A stretch of 64,000 bases of DNA from Zygnema circumcarinatum SAG 698-1b (Eukaryota; Plantae; Zygnematophyceae): positions 124,001-188,000 of the forward strand of contig CM074804.1 in the NCBI GenBank assembly GCA_037447605.1. Direction: 5' to 3'. Under the pieces are notes generated by a model. It had not been told where the DNA came from and ran no database searches. It saw only the letters and a list, made by a program, of their open reading frames with translations. Below are positions 1 to 18,300 of the stretch, piece by piece (position 1 is the first letter of the stretch; every line of letters starts with the position of its first letter). The position numbers and the translations under genes are program-made.

Positions 1-867
1 GTGCCAAGCATCAGATCGGGCAGCGCACGCGCCGCCACGTGGCCCACAAATGAAGGGCTCCTCGTACCACCTCGTTCGTTGGTATGAGGTACGAGGAGCC
101 GCGGCGGCTTTCATCGTGGGTCGGGGAGGAGGAGGAGGAGGGGGAGGAGGAGGGGGAGGGGAGGAGGGGGAGGGGAGGAGGGGGAAGGAAGGAGCAGGAG
201 GGGGAGGGGGAGGAAGAGGGGGGGGAGAAGGAGGGGGAGGAGAGGAGCAGGAGGGGGAGGAGGAGGAGGAGGAGGAGGAGGAGGAGGAGGAGGGGGAGGA
301 GAAGGAGGAGGGGGAGGAGTAGGGGGGCCAGCAGCCAGAGGGCCAGGGGCCATAGCTCCTCTTCTTCTCCCACGAGTTCGGAGGCAACCATCAGATATGG
401 GGAAGTGTTTTGGAAGACATGGACGTTTTGAACAAGTACCGAGTCATTATGTAGGACCTCATGGGAGCATACAGGTGAGAGAGTGAAGCTTCCCATTCGT
501 TTATCTCGTTGGAAAGTTCTGCTTTTTCCTTTTTATTTGGTAGGTTCAGCGCTCTTATGTTTTTGGGGTACTTTTTGAGTGCAGTACAATGCGGAGGGCA
601 TCAACTTCCAGCTCTATAGCACCCTCCATGGCTACGCAGACGAACATTATAGGCATAAAGTTGTGAGAGAAATAGGGTGGAAAAGTGGAGGCAGGGTGAG
701 GAATGGCGGAGGGAGACGGGTGGGAAGGTGAGGGTAACGGAGGGAGGGGGAAAGGTAAGTTAAGGAGGCGCGAGAAGGTTCAAGAGAGGAAGGTGGGGGG
801 ATATGCAGAGTCAAAGAGAGAGAGGGGGAGTCTGTGAAGCGGCAGAGGAAGTTGGGGTGGGGGCTAG

Positions 868-1467
868 GTGGGTGAGCAAGCTGATAAAGAAGAAGCACTC
901 CTCCTCCGTCACCAGCGTGGCCTGGCACCCTAACAATGTGTGCGGCATAGCCCGCTCATTATATCACTGTGGGCCTCTACTGCGATTCCATTGCACTGCA
1001 GCTGCCTATGCTTTCCTTCTCTCCCCCTCTTCTCTTTCCCCCCCTCCCCCTCTCTCTCTCTCTCCCGCTCGTTCTCTCTCCTTTTCTCCCTCACACGCAC
1101 GCTTTTTTTCTTTAGATCAACTTTTCACCCCATGTCTCCATTCCCTGTCGGCTTTCCCTCGTCTCCTCTCGTCCCTGTCTCACCTCTTTTTTTTCTCACT
1201 TTCTCCAACCCCATCCTCCCCTCCCGCTTCTTTCTCCCACTCCTCTCTCTCCCTTCCGCCCCCTTCAATCGCTTCCACTGTTCTCTTTGACACACTCTCT
1301 CGCTTCTCCCTCCCCTCTTTCGCTACCTTTTTTCCATCGTCACCATGGTAACCTCCCCTCCCTTTCGTCGTATTTTCAATTGATGGGAAGCAGGTTATGC
1401 TGGCAACCACCTCCACAGACGGAAAATGCCGATTTTTTGCAGCTGGCATTAAGGGCGTCGATTCCAA
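868..1467 (+). CDS. ARPC1: Two internal exons (868-937, 1394-1467) of Arp2/3 complex subunit 1 (WD40); no other exons found
   Basis: AG/GT-bounded exons translate to (W)WVSKLIKKKHSSSVTSVAWHPNN|VMLATTSTDGKCRFFAAGIKGVDSK, matching the recalled ARPC1 segment WWVSKxIKK...WHPNNVLLATTSTDGKCR. Confidence 0.8.
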
Positions 1468-1621
1468 GTGAGCTTGTTACAAATACCAGATCCTTTTGCC
1501 GGAACTAAAAGCTACTCAAAGTCAACCCCTAAAGTTCGTATGGTGACATGCTTTACTCTCTGACATGTAAAAACCATGGAAGTCGTTATACCTTATGTTA
1601 TGCCGATCATCCCATCCGTAT

Positions 1622-2262
1622 TTATCCCATCCCTATCCCATCCCCATCCCTATCCCACCCCCATCCCCATCCCATCCCCATCCCATCCCCATCCCATCCC
1701 CATCCCATCCCCATCCATCCCATCCCAATCCCCATCCCATCCCCATCCATCCCATCCCAATCCCCATCCCATCCCCATCCATCCCATCTCCATCCCCATC
1801 CCCATCCCCATCTCCCCATCTATGCCATCTCCATCCCCATCCCTCCCATCTCCATCCCCATCCCCATCCCCATCCCCATCCCCATCCCCATCCCCATCCC
1901 CATCCCCATCCCCATCCCCATCCCCATCCCCATCCCCATCCCATCCTCATCAGCTATCCATCCCATCCCCATCCCCATCCCCATCCCATCCCCATCAGCT
2001 ATCCATCCCATTTCCATCCCCATCCCCATCCCATCCCCATCCATCCCATCTTCATCCCCATCCCCATCCCCATCTCCCCATCTATGCCATCTCCATCCCC
2101 ATCCCTCCCTTCTCCATCCCCATCCCATCCCCATCAGCTATCCATCTCCATCCCCATCCCCATCCCCATCCCATCCCCATCAGCTATCCATCCCATTTCC
2201 ATCCCCATCCCCATCCCCATCCCATCCCCATCCATCCCATCTCCATCCCCATTCCCATCCCC
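1622..2262. repeat. (CCCCAT)n compound hexamer microsatellite with internal duplicated blocks
   Basis: Read directly from the sequence. It generates the spurious PIPIP, HPHP and GWGW ORFs. Confidence 0.97.
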
Positions 2263-4258
2263 ATCGGACACCTGGCATGGAGCTTCCGTACAGCGCCTTC
2301 CCCCTCTCCTTTCCCTTCCTCCTCGCTCCTCGGCTTCGGCAAATCTCCACCGTCCGAGAGATCAACGGTCCAAACCGCCCCCCGCACTCCCACAGCGGAG
2401 CCGTCCGCTAAACCCTGCGTGTCCGCCGCCGTTTTTAGGGCGCTGTGCTTTCAGAATTTCTGATTTCACCTTACTTCAAGATGGCGGGAGAAGAACTAGA
2501 CAAGAAAATAGATTAATTGAACCTCCCAACAATACTGCTGAGAGACCTCCCGTGGTCTCAGAAGTAGGGCAGAGTCTCCCACGTGAGAAGGAGGAGGTTG
2601 CTGCTAGCATTCCTGCAGTATCTGGCGGAGCTCTTGATATGCAGGGGGAAAGACGAGGAAAGGGGGGCTGGTTGGAGGAGACAGCCAAACTCTTTTGGCG
2701 GAGCTCTTGATGTGCAGTGGGGAGAACGAAGGAAGGCGGAAATCAAAGCACTCGCTATAATGCTCGCTAGATCTAAACGACTATTAACTGAAGCACAATT
2801 GAAAGTGCAGGATAGGGAAGAACATCTAAAAGGAGGGGAGGAGCCAGTATCTGGCGGAGCTGAAGCTTAGGATGCAAGTGGAGCGGAGACTTTGGAGAAG
2901 CAAAAGGATGTACCAGATGAGCACAAAGAGGAGGAGGTCGATGACACTTTTCTCGATGAACAGCAAGATGAACTGATGGAGGAGGGAGAAATGCTGATGA
3001 ATACGAGGAAGAGGGAGAGATAAGGGATGATGGAAAGAAAGCAGCAGAGCTCCTACTCGATGAAGGATTGGTGAGCCTTGATCCTGCCAAAGAAAGCGAG
3101 CCAGCACCGACTGCAAAGGAGCCTGCTAACTTAGCCCCAAGACCTCCCAGAGTGACTAGAGGATCTCGAGTGAGGGCTACTTTTGCTCCGGGCATCTTAG
3201 GGCCCTCCGCTGCTGCTGGACTCCGTACATGGACAGCAAAGCTGGCTGGTGCTGGAAGAGGGGCGGAGGGTCCTCATGGAGGGGAAGCAGGCAGTGTATT
3301 ATCGGGAAGGGGTAGAATTGTCACTATTGCTGAACAAGCAAATGAGACTCCTGCTCTCAGGGAACAGCGCCGAGCCGAAAGGTTTGCAAAGAAGCCGACA
3401 TCACCCCGTGTTCGAGGGCGCGGCAAGGTCAGTTACAGAGGGGCCGTCCCTTTTTCTAAATCTGCAAGATGCTTCACTTAGCAGTCATCCATTTTGCTCA
3501 TCATTTCTGTTTCCACTAACTCACATTCTTCAGCTTTTGTGTTTTCGTAGGTCTAAGTGTCTAGCTTGCCTGTGTTGTTGCTTGAGTATTTACTTCTCCA
3601 AAGGCTAGGCAGCGAAACTTCTAGTCTGCATACAGTGATGAGGTTACGCGGTTTTTGCCTGTCTTCTGTTCTCTGTTCTAAATGTTCTCAGGTCTCTCGC
3701 ATTTCCTCTCCTTCCCCTCTCCCCCTGCCCCTGTGTTCACACATAGTGTGCATACATGTGTATCGCATGCGTATCTGACCAATTGGATCCGCCTTGTTTG
3801 ACTGCGGTTGAATGCAGGTGGTGTTGGGGTTGGTCGAGGAGATTGGCCTTCCGGCGAGTGCCTAGGGCTAGAACACATTCGCTCAAAGCCGAAGTGATTG
3901 CGACGAGGGTGGACGAAACTCTCAGCGGGAATGCACCCAGTGCTTTCTTTCTTGCGCCTGCGCAAGTGATCAGTGCGGCGCTTGACCTTATGGCAGCGCA
4001 ATGGTAGTGGGCAATGGCCTTGCCTTCTGCCCTGCCTGCCCTGCCCTGCCCCGCCCTGGCCACGTTAAAAAATAAGGAGTTTTCGCCGCTTTGGGGCTTT
4101 CTCCTCTCAGTTTTGCATTGCGCTTTGCATGTCCATTTCATGGCATCGCCATCGCGAGGCCAATGCCAAATCAGACTCAACCTTACATTGGTTTTACATA
4201 TTGCCTTTGATCATATGCAACTTGGTAGCAACGCCATCGTGAGATGAATGCCAATGCC

Positions 4259-4430
4259 AACATTGAACATTGAGCATTGGACATCGAACACCGAGCATTG
4301 AACATTGGAAATTGAACATTGAACATTGAACATTGAACATTGAACATTGAACATTGAACATTGAACATTGAACATTGAACATTGAACATTATCATTGAGT
4401 ATCCAAAATTGAACATTGAAAACATTGAAC
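4259..4430. repeat. (CATTGAA)n heptamer tandem repeat
   Basis: About 20 perfect or degenerate units upstream of IMPL1. Confidence 0.95.
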
Positions 4431-4566
4431 CACAACCCCACGTGCCGAACTTGTGCGCTCGCCCACGGAAAGGGCGGAGCACGGCACCCCGAGAGAAGGC
4501 GGCTCCTTAGGCTCACCTTGTCGGCTTTGCCTCCCTCCAGGGCGTTCGAAGCTCTAATACAAATCC

Positions 4567-7500
4567 ATGGCCGCGCAGCAATGCAGCAGTTTTTTGAAGC
4601 ACTTTCCTATTCAAACTTCTGCAAAATCCAATGAAACGTCCTGCAGAACATCCGCTGCATTAAACTCTAGCTTGAAGGCGGCAAAAGCTGCCTTGACCTT
4701 CACGTACAGAGCTCCAAACTATGGCTGGAATGCCAGAGACGTAATGCAACAGCAGCAAAGTGAGCTCAAGTTGATGACTATGAGAGGACATGCGTCATCA
4801 TCATCATCAGCAGCAGCAGCATGCAGAGCAATAGCATCCGTGGCTTCTGGAACTGTTTCCCGAGTCGGTGCAACAGAAACTGGGAGTGTGGCTGTGGCTG
4901 ATCTGGTGGCTGTGGCTGAGTCTGCTGCAAAGAGAGGTGCTGCTGTGAGTTACATTTTTTTGGAACCACTTTCCTTACTTTACTGTGCCCTTCGCTTGCT
5001 GCTCGGTTTCGTGATAGCTGTGAGAAAGCCCTTTTCTAGATGAAAATACCGCGTGTTGGAATGAAGCTCCATTTCTTTCATGACCAGCTCGGATATGAAG
5101 CATCTATTACCGCTTTAAGTTGTCAGTATTTTAAAAAACAGGTTGATGCAGTTGGTATTTTGGCGCTTTTGAAGGTTTTCATATTCGAAGAGCTCAACAG
5201 ATTGCCTGACATAGGAAATAAAACTAGATTTGGAGACTGTGCAGCTCATGCACTGGATTTCCATCATATGACAGGTGATTCTGGAGGCCGTGGATAAACC
5301 TCGAAATATCACATACAAAGGTGCCACGGATCTTGTTACAGAGTAAGTGCCTTGTCTTTGTCTATCCATTTTTTGTCGTCCTTTTCTTTTCTTTTGCTGC
5401 AGCTGGTGAGTCTTCGGGCTTCCAAACTCATACGCAGTATGTCCACATTGGAAGTTAGCCCTTGAAATGCTTTAGGGCTTGAGTATAAGTTCAGGTTTGT
5501 TGAGGCTGAGCGGAGGGACCGGGGGTGATGCAGCACAGACCGCAACACAGAGCTGGCAGTGCTGGCAGAAATTCGTGAGCGCTTTCCCGACCATCTCCTG
5601 CTGGGAGAGGAGGGGGGAGTCAGCGGAGATGCTTCATCAGAGTATCTCTGGTGCATTGATCCACTTGGTACAATCATCTTCTCTCCCTTTTCTCTCGCAC
5701 CTGCCTTTGCTTCTTCCTCTCACTCTCTCAATCTTTGTCCCTCTCTACGCACATAGATACAGACTGCATTCTTCATGGTTTTGCTGCTTACTGGTTTTGC
5801 TGCACCTGAACAGATACTGTTGCTGCTGATGTTGATGACAGATGGTACAACCAATTTTGCGCACGGTTATCCATGTTTTGCAACATCCGTTGCAGTGCTC
5901 AGTAAAGGTCGGCCAGTTGCGGGTTGCGTGGTGAGAAATTCTACACGAACTTTACGCAGTAACTTCTGGAAGATCTCTAACCACACATAACCCGAAACGA
6001 ACCTTATTTCGACCTAAAATACAAACTCTGACAACCGAAGGACCCTTACAATCCTAGAGAATCAAATGCATGAGAACGGAGAATATATGAATCACCTTCA
6101 GTTTCATTTTCGCGATTTTGCAAAACAAGCAAATCTTCTCATCTGTAGCTAGAGAAATGTTGACGCAGGTGGAATTTTCAGGTGGCCCAGGTCATTGGAT
6201 AACTCGTGTTTTCACGGCTGGTTCAGGTACTGTTGAACTGGCATCAAGAAAAAGAAATGCAATACTATCCAAGTTCTAAATAAGCCAAGTGAAGCTTACA
6301 GTATAATTGAATCATGAGCAATTTAAGTTCCATGCACACTTTTTTGTTTAACGGTTAGAGTGTTCTATGTGCAGGAACTGGTGCATTCTGTGACGGAAAG
6401 CCTATTCATGTCAGTCTTACTGACAAGGTATGCAATGTCTTTCTGATCCCTTTCCTCGATCACATGCGAACTTGGCCTCTACCCGTCATACTTCATTTAG
6501 ACTTTCAACATGGGATAGATAGCCTCCCGACAATCCTTGGAATGACATAATAAAAGTGGTAAATCATGCAGTCCGTGCCATTTAACTTCTTTCTTTATCC
6601 ACGGTTCCGAATACTCAATGCTGATTCCAGCTGCCTATTTGGGAAATTCAGGTGGAAAAGTCTCTTCTTGTTACGGGGTTCGGTTATGAACATGATGAAG
6701 CATGGTCAACGAATCTGGAGCTTTTTAAACACTTTACTGACGTGAGCCGGGTAAGCGCCAGCGCAATAACGTTGAACATCATCCAAATGTTTCCTATACA
6801 TTGTCGTAATTTCTGAAGGGAGCAGGAAAGGCCCGGGCATTGACGGACGAGGGGAGTGTGGGAGGCTGGCTGATGAGGAAGAAAGAGGGGAGATGGGAGA
6901 GCGATTGCAGAGAACAATAACTAGCCTTTTTACTATCTCTCGTCGGGGTTGTGTTGGCCCTATCAGGGAGTGAGGAGGCTCGGCGCAGCGGCTGTGGACA
7001 TGTGCCATGTGGCTCTCGGCATTGTGGATGGATACTGGGAGTACCGACTCAAACCCTGGGATATGGCTGCAGGCGTTCTTGTAAGCTCACTGTACTTTGT
7101 GGTCAGAAAGGTCTAGAGATGGAGTGGGAAGGAAGGAAATGGATGAGGCAGGCAGGAGTTTTGAGACAGGAAATTTGCAGTCCGTTATCAAATGACAATA
7201 GCTAGACAACACGTTGAATGTGCGAGATTGATTGAAATTTAAAATAATATGAAGGCAGCAGTTTGTCCTGTTGGGTTCTGCCGAAGGGAAGTTAACCATG
7301 GACAAAAAGTGAGGATTTCTAAGCTCAAATATTTCTTTCTTTCACATTACCTTGGTTTTCATGTTTGTTTGTTTGTCTCAGATAGTAGAAGAGGCTGGTG
7401 GCATTGTGACACGGATGGATGGTGGAGAATTTAACGTTTTCGATCGATCCGTGCTCGTTTCCAATGCAGCCCTCCACTCACAGGTGTGGTCCAATTCCTC

Positions 7501-7959
7501 CTGTTTTGTCCAAAGTAGTTTAGACTAGTACCCAGCTTATACCGAAAGGACCAAAAGTGTCCTTCAGCAGGGTTGTCTTGGACTGGAGATGATGTCGTTT
7601 GCTGGGGTCTCCTACCGATATCCCAACATGGACTGGATTTTGTACTTCAATCTATCCCTATGCTTCATCATGCTCCTGCGCTCTTCTGTTTCCGTTACCC
7701 TCCTCTCCTCCCTTTTTGCCTCTCATCACTTCTTGCCTTCTTGTCTTGTCTCCCAACCGTCTCTCCTACTCTTTCCCCTCCGCTCCTACTGGACTGGCGC
7801 AAAATTCCCCAATTCGTCCTAAAGACAACTTGACATCTTTGGACTGTTTGACCAATGCAGATTGTGGCGCAAACTGGCCCCGCCACAGAGCGGCTGATCA
7901 GTAAAAACTTCGACTTTTCCTTGTGGTTCAAACCTGCGGATTATGTCTGCCCTTTCTGA
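4567..7959 (+). CDS. IMPL1: Plastid inositol monophosphatase-like 1, 10 exons: 4567-4944, 5275-5342, 5534-5667, 5842-5930, 6169-6226, 6375-6427, 6652-6750, 6967-7080, 7382-7483, 7861-7959
   Basis: Spliced protein has [52 protein letters not shown] and C-terminal DFSLWFKP. N-terminus is transit-peptide-like. All junctions GT-AG. Confidence 0.95.
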
Positions 7960-8509
7960 GTAAGAGAAGCGTGGCGTTGTGGGATCTCATTCAATTTATA
8001 TCATGGCAGGCATCACTTTTTCTAATCTGAAACTGCTTATCAAATAGGTGTAGAGCAATTACAAAAATCCGGTTGCAAATGAGGAGAGTGAGGAGTCTTT
8101 GGAAATGATCCTCCAGTCCACCGCAAGCAGCAGTGCTTGGACGTCGATGTCTTTGAACTAGAATGCTAAGATGTTTATTTGGTGGTTTTTAAACAGTCTG
8201 CACACAATAGAGTAATGTTCCAGGGCATAGTGAAACGCGAAAGCTCATTCAACCAAAAAGGAGAAGATTAGATCCAAAACCACATGTTTTAATTGTCTTT
8301 CGTAACAATATGAAAAGAAACATATTTCTCTCTGTCGTTAATTTCTATCTTTCAACCCTAGGATATGAATGAGAGCAAGAACTTGTCCAAGGCGAGAGGC
8401 TGAGAGTGGAGGACGCTATATGCCACCTCCCATCCGCCCCTCCGATTGCGAAAAAGCAAGGCTACTTTTCTTCTATTCGCACTTTTTCCATGCGAGGATA
8501 AAAAGCCCC

Positions 8510-8580
8510 CGTGCCCCTGCTCAGACCTGTTCCATACCAACGTGGGTACTTACGAAACACGTCGTCATGCATCGCAACCT
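8510..8580 (-). promoter_or_regulatory. Eukaryotic SECIS element (form 2) in the thioredoxin reductase 3' UTR
   Basis: Minus strand reads AUGAC-GACGUGUUUCGU-AA-GUACCCACGUUGGU-AUGGAACAGGUC-UGAG. AUGA core at 8568-8565, helix II with 11 of 12 positions paired, AA at 8551-8550, ACC/GGU mini-stem, UGAG at 8523-8520. Confidence 0.9.
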
Positions 8581-8778
8581 TTCCCCTGCCAAAGCTCTCC
8601 GCTCGGTACAGAAGGCCCGCTGTCCGCTCCGTTCACAGCAACTCTCTCACGGAGGACGGTCTTCTCTCTCTATCTCCCAAGAAGACACTCTCACTCAGAG
8701 CCGAGCGTGAGTGAGAGAGAGACAGAGAAACCGCCAATGAGTGAGGAGGATGCCGTGACCGGTGACGTGACAGCGGGC

Positions 8779-14041
<5,263 letters not shown>

Positions 14042-14668
14042 CGCCTCTGCCACTGAGAATCCGCCGCTCTCACGTGTGAATCAACCGTATCAAGAAAACC
14101 GAGAACCATCAACATCCAAAATAATCTTCACCTCCTACATTACCACTTATTTAATAAACCCTAATAAAAAACTTTAAAAAAATAGAAGACGCACCTCTAA
14201 CAAAACCCCTAATTCTGACGCCCTGAAACTTGCTTTAACACCGCTGTTTAATTCCCATTAATTATTTCAATTTCCCCGCCCCCCCCTTCCCCTCCCCCTC
14301 CCCCCCCCCCCCACTTCCATTCCTTTCAGTTTAAAGGTGCGGAGGCCGCACCCGTTCCCATGGCGCGTCGCCCACCAATCACATCCCTCCCGCCAGCATG
14401 CGCGACGACCTGCGCCAGCCGCCACGTGGCCCGAGCACGGGCAGTCTGCCGGAGCAACAGGATGCCTCACCCGGCCCCGCCCGCTGATCGATGCGGCCGG
14501 GAAGTCCCTCGACCCGCAACCTCTGACGGCGCAGGCGGCAGACTCGCCCCCCCTCACCCGAAACCCTCCCTCTCTCCCTTCCTCCCTCTCTCTCTTCCTT
14601 CCTCCCCCTCTCTTCCTTTGCCTACGATAATGTTGGAAGGAAGCCTTTATATGCGCTACGCCCTCGAT

Positions 14669-14872
14669 GTACGCACTGTACGGACTGTCAGCTAAAGAAC
14701 AACCGAACGCCCGCTGGAAACTTCACGATGACGTCATCGAGTACCTTCGCAAAACGACAGCGTCGTGTTGCGACCGTACGGTCACTGAAAGTACAGTACA
14801 GTACTGTACCTTTTGGTTTCGTACCGTACGGTACCCCAACTGTTGGTTCAGTTCAGCTCCATCAAACTGTAC
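14669..14872. promoter_or_regulatory. GTAC motif cluster (12 copies in 204 bp) between the divergent TrxR and transporter genes
   Basis: Counted by eye. Regulatory function is inferred, not shown. Confidence 0.45.
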
Positions 14873-14977
14873 GGGTGGGAACCGCATGTGTCTCTCTGTG
14901 GCGCTGCCGCATGGCCACTCGTCCCCCCAACACGTGCGAACCGCCGCCCCCCTCCGGCCGGGGAGGACAGTCATCTC

Positions 14978-15292
14978 TGTTGAGAATCCGACATTCTCAG
15001 TTTTGTCGTACTATTTTGTCGTTTTCCCAGCCACGTGTACTTACACCTGGCTGTCCTTTTAGCTTGTACTTTCACTGTTAGTTTAGTTGTGCCTTTGCGG
15101 CTCTGTGCTTACACCCAGCCGCCCTTACTCAGGCTAGTTCCACACTCTTTTGTCGTGTAGCTCTAGCCGCAATGTATATAAAACAGATTAGGACATTGTA
15201 CTTTTTACCACGTTAATCACACATCTGTCTTTTGTGTCAACTCTCTCTGTCCTCACTTTGATCGTACAATGTCCACTCCGTCTTTTTCAATA
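14978..15292 (+). repeat. 5' LTR (TGTTGAG...TTCAATA)
   Basis: No mismatch to 19775-20089 found by eye. Confidence 0.95.
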
Positions 15293-15308
15293 GGTTATGG
15301 GCCCACTC

Positions 15309-18300
15309 ATGCCTCAAATGCGCTTGAAAAATTTGATGGGACAAACTAGCCGCGACTGGAAGTTTTTCGTGCCAGCAGCACTGAGAAGAGAATCTGTAGT
15401 GCAATAGATTCTTGGATGCACTGGGGCCGCATGCGCACGCCGCTTACACTCCACCGCCGGCCAGCGGCGCCTTGGCTGCAGCGCTGAGAAAGGAGATAGC
15501 GATGGGCCGAAAAGCGTATGAGAAGTACGTTTTCTCCGCGCATCACACTTTCGGCATTGGCGCGGTCTCGCGCTGGGGACGTCGTGGCGCCACCAGCTCC
15601 CGGCGCTTGGACTCTTGGGCCAATGCGTGCGAACCTCGAGGAAGTGGTCTCACAAACTCCGTTTGCGGCGTGCCTTCACTAACTGCGTAAAGGAATCCTC
15701 TGAAACCATGCTGACATATACTGACCGCGTCAAATCCTTTGCTAGACGGCTTCGCAGCATTGATTGCGTAGTTCATGATGATGAGATCATCTGTAATCTT
15801 TTAGGCGGGCTGCCCGACTCTTTCCGGTCCTTCATCTCGTCCATTGATGCTGCCTCGATCTCACTAACCGTCGCTGATCTGACCGACCTTCTTTTGAACG
15901 AGGAGGAAAAAGATTCCACCCCCTCCAGATCCTCCCACGCGTCCGCGCTTTTCGGATCTGGTCCTCCACCGCCCAAGTCTCCTGGCGCCCTCTTTTGTCG
16001 GTATTGCAAGGAACAGACTCACGTAAAGGACAACTGTCCCGCTCTGGCCAAAAAGGAGGCGCGCCGACTTTTGCCGCGCCCGTCCGTACCTCCGCCCGCT
16101 GGCGCGGCAAATATCGCGGCGCCCTCCGATTTGGCCCCTGCGATTCGGTCCCCCGCTGAACCTGTCGTACAGCTTACGTGGCCACCCTCCCTCACGTTCC
16201 CTACCGCTCCCTTGGTCCCGCCGCCGCCGCCCGCCGTACACCCCTCTCTTCACCCCGGCTTCCCCCCCCCGGCCGGCCCGCCTCCCACCCCGGGTGTCGT
16301 CTATGGTGCTCCCGAGTTCGGTCACGCTTTTCTGGCCGCGGACCCTTTTGGGTATGACCCTTCTCTCCCTGACTCCACTTGGCTTATTGACTCGGGTGCC
16401 TCCCATCATCTAACTTTTCGTCGTGACTGGTTCTCTCGGCTCTCTCCCCTCCCTCTCCCCATGACCATTTTCTTAGGGGATAACCGCTCCTTGACTGCCA
16501 CGCATGTCGGCCAGGTTTCCACTCTAATTGACGGCCAGCGCTTCATCATCGATGACGTCTACCTGGTGGATGGCCTCGCGAAGAATCTGTTTTCAGTAGC
16601 CTCCATCCTGATTTTAGGCATTTCAGCTCTTTTTAGGCCAGACGGGGTTACTTTCTTCACCCCAGACGCTGTAGTTGGGCACGGCCGCAAAACCGGCCGC
16701 TTGTTTTCCCTTACATCTTTTGCAGCCTCCCTTGGGCACGCCCATGCTCACACCACTGACCCCCCCCTTAACTATGCTCGGTGGCACCTCCGCTTTGGCC
16801 ACCTTGCTGAAAGTAGCCTCAGAACTCTCGGACAGGGCTTAGTGTTAGGTTTAGACTCTTTCTCTACCGACAAGTTAGACTTTTGTTCAGGCTGTATTCA
16901 AGGAAAAATGACCAGATTGCCTTTTCCCTCAAGCTCCACCCTTGTCTCTGAGCCTCTGGCACTCATTCATTCTGATGTCTGTGGCCCTATGCGTGATGTT
17001 AGCCTCGGCGGCGCATCATACTTTGTCACTTTCATTGACCAAGCGACTCATTTTTCCCATGTTTTTCCCATCGCTCACAAGTCTGACGTTTTCTCCCGCT
17101 TCCAAGAGTTCAAAGCCCGTGCAGAGACCCTTCTCGGTCGCCGCATCAAGACCCTTCGCACTGATAACGGCGGCGAGTTTATGTCCACCGCCTTCTCCAA
17201 ATACCTTCGCCTTCACGGCATCACCCATCAGACTACCGCTCCCTACACCCCCCAGCAAAATGGAGTCGCCGAGCGGTTTAACCGCACCATTCTCGACATG
17301 GCTCGCTCTATGCTTCATTTTGCCGACCTCCCTATGGCCTTCTGGGCGGAAGCCATCTCCACGGCCACTTACCTTCGGAACCTTTCCCCCACCTCTGCCC
17401 TTCCTCACAGCACTCCCTACGAGGCCTGGCAGGGCGGCAAGCCCTCCGTCTCCCACCTCCGTATCTTTGGCTGCGAGGCCTGGTACAAAGATCTCGTCCA
17501 GTCGTCTGGCAAATGGGGCCCGCGGGCCGTACGCGGCATTTTTCTTGGCTACGCGCTTACGTCCAAGGCCCTGCTCGTGTCTGGTGTTGTCGCGACAAAT
17601 CAGATTGTACTTTGTAGCGGCGTGGCATTTAATGAGGCTCCTCGTCGCGAGCTTCATTACCGCCACAGCGCCTTACGGCCATTACACCCGCCCGACTTCA
17701 CTCCCACGCCCGAATCCCAATCTTGCGCGTGCAGTTTACGCCTCGTGACCGTTGGATATGTTCCCTCCCAGCGGGCGCTCCCCATTGGCGCCGACGGTTT
17801 CTGTCCCGCCCGGTCGCGCTCCCCTTCCCTCCCGCCGGTGCCCTGCGTCCCCTCCGTCGACCCCCCCCTCCCCGCTCCCCCCTCCCCTGCGTCCTCTCTG
17901 CTTTCGGCCCTCCCTCTGCACCTGTTCCGGAGGGAGCTTTCCCTCACCCGAGCGGACGCGGACCCCTTCCTCGCCCTACGAGGGCCCCCCTCCCTTTTTC
18001 CCCTCGCCTTCTCGGCCTACCCGACTCCCTCCCCGCTTCACCCGTCGCGGCCTCCCACGCCACCCCGCCCCTCCGGCTGGCTCTCCCTGGAGTTCCCCGG
18101 CCACCTTATACTGGCGCTCCTTGATGTGACCGATGGAAAAGTGCTCGACAACTGCCGCCCGTACCTCGCCTTTCCTCGCCCATGGCCTTCATACGCCTCC
18201 TCGTCACGCCCCCCCCTACTTTTCTTGCCGCCCGCCAGCACTACGCCCTTTGGAAAACGCGGCGTGCTGAATTCCTCTCGCTTCAGAAAAACAACACGTG

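Noticed and set aside
420-600. In-frame TGA and TAG codons in exon-like fragments, considered as a second recoding case
   Set aside because: No identifiable protein family, no Cys-aligned position and no SECIS found.
1548-2710. Long ORFs rich in PIPIP, HPHP, SPSP and GWGW
   Set aside because: Translations of the (CCCCAT)n microsatellite in all frames; no protein signal.
2480-4010. Acidic, low-complexity ORF pieces with a thrice-repeated GGCGGAGCT motif (2583-2870, 3068-3481, 3756-4007)
   Set aside because: Interrupted by stops and frame changes, with no recognisable family. Possibly a decayed gene but not supportable.
7920-7945. TTCAAACC checked as a possible tRNA-Sec anticodon arm
   Set aside because: It lies in the last IMPL1 exon with no cloverleaf. 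No tRNA gene was recognised anywhere in the window.
14267-14695. ORFs upstream of TrxR, considered as an N-terminal targeting or glutaredoxin exon
   Set aside because: No matching motifs; an in-frame stop lies 14 codons before the ATG at 14041. The region looks like promoter (CACGTG, CCAAT).
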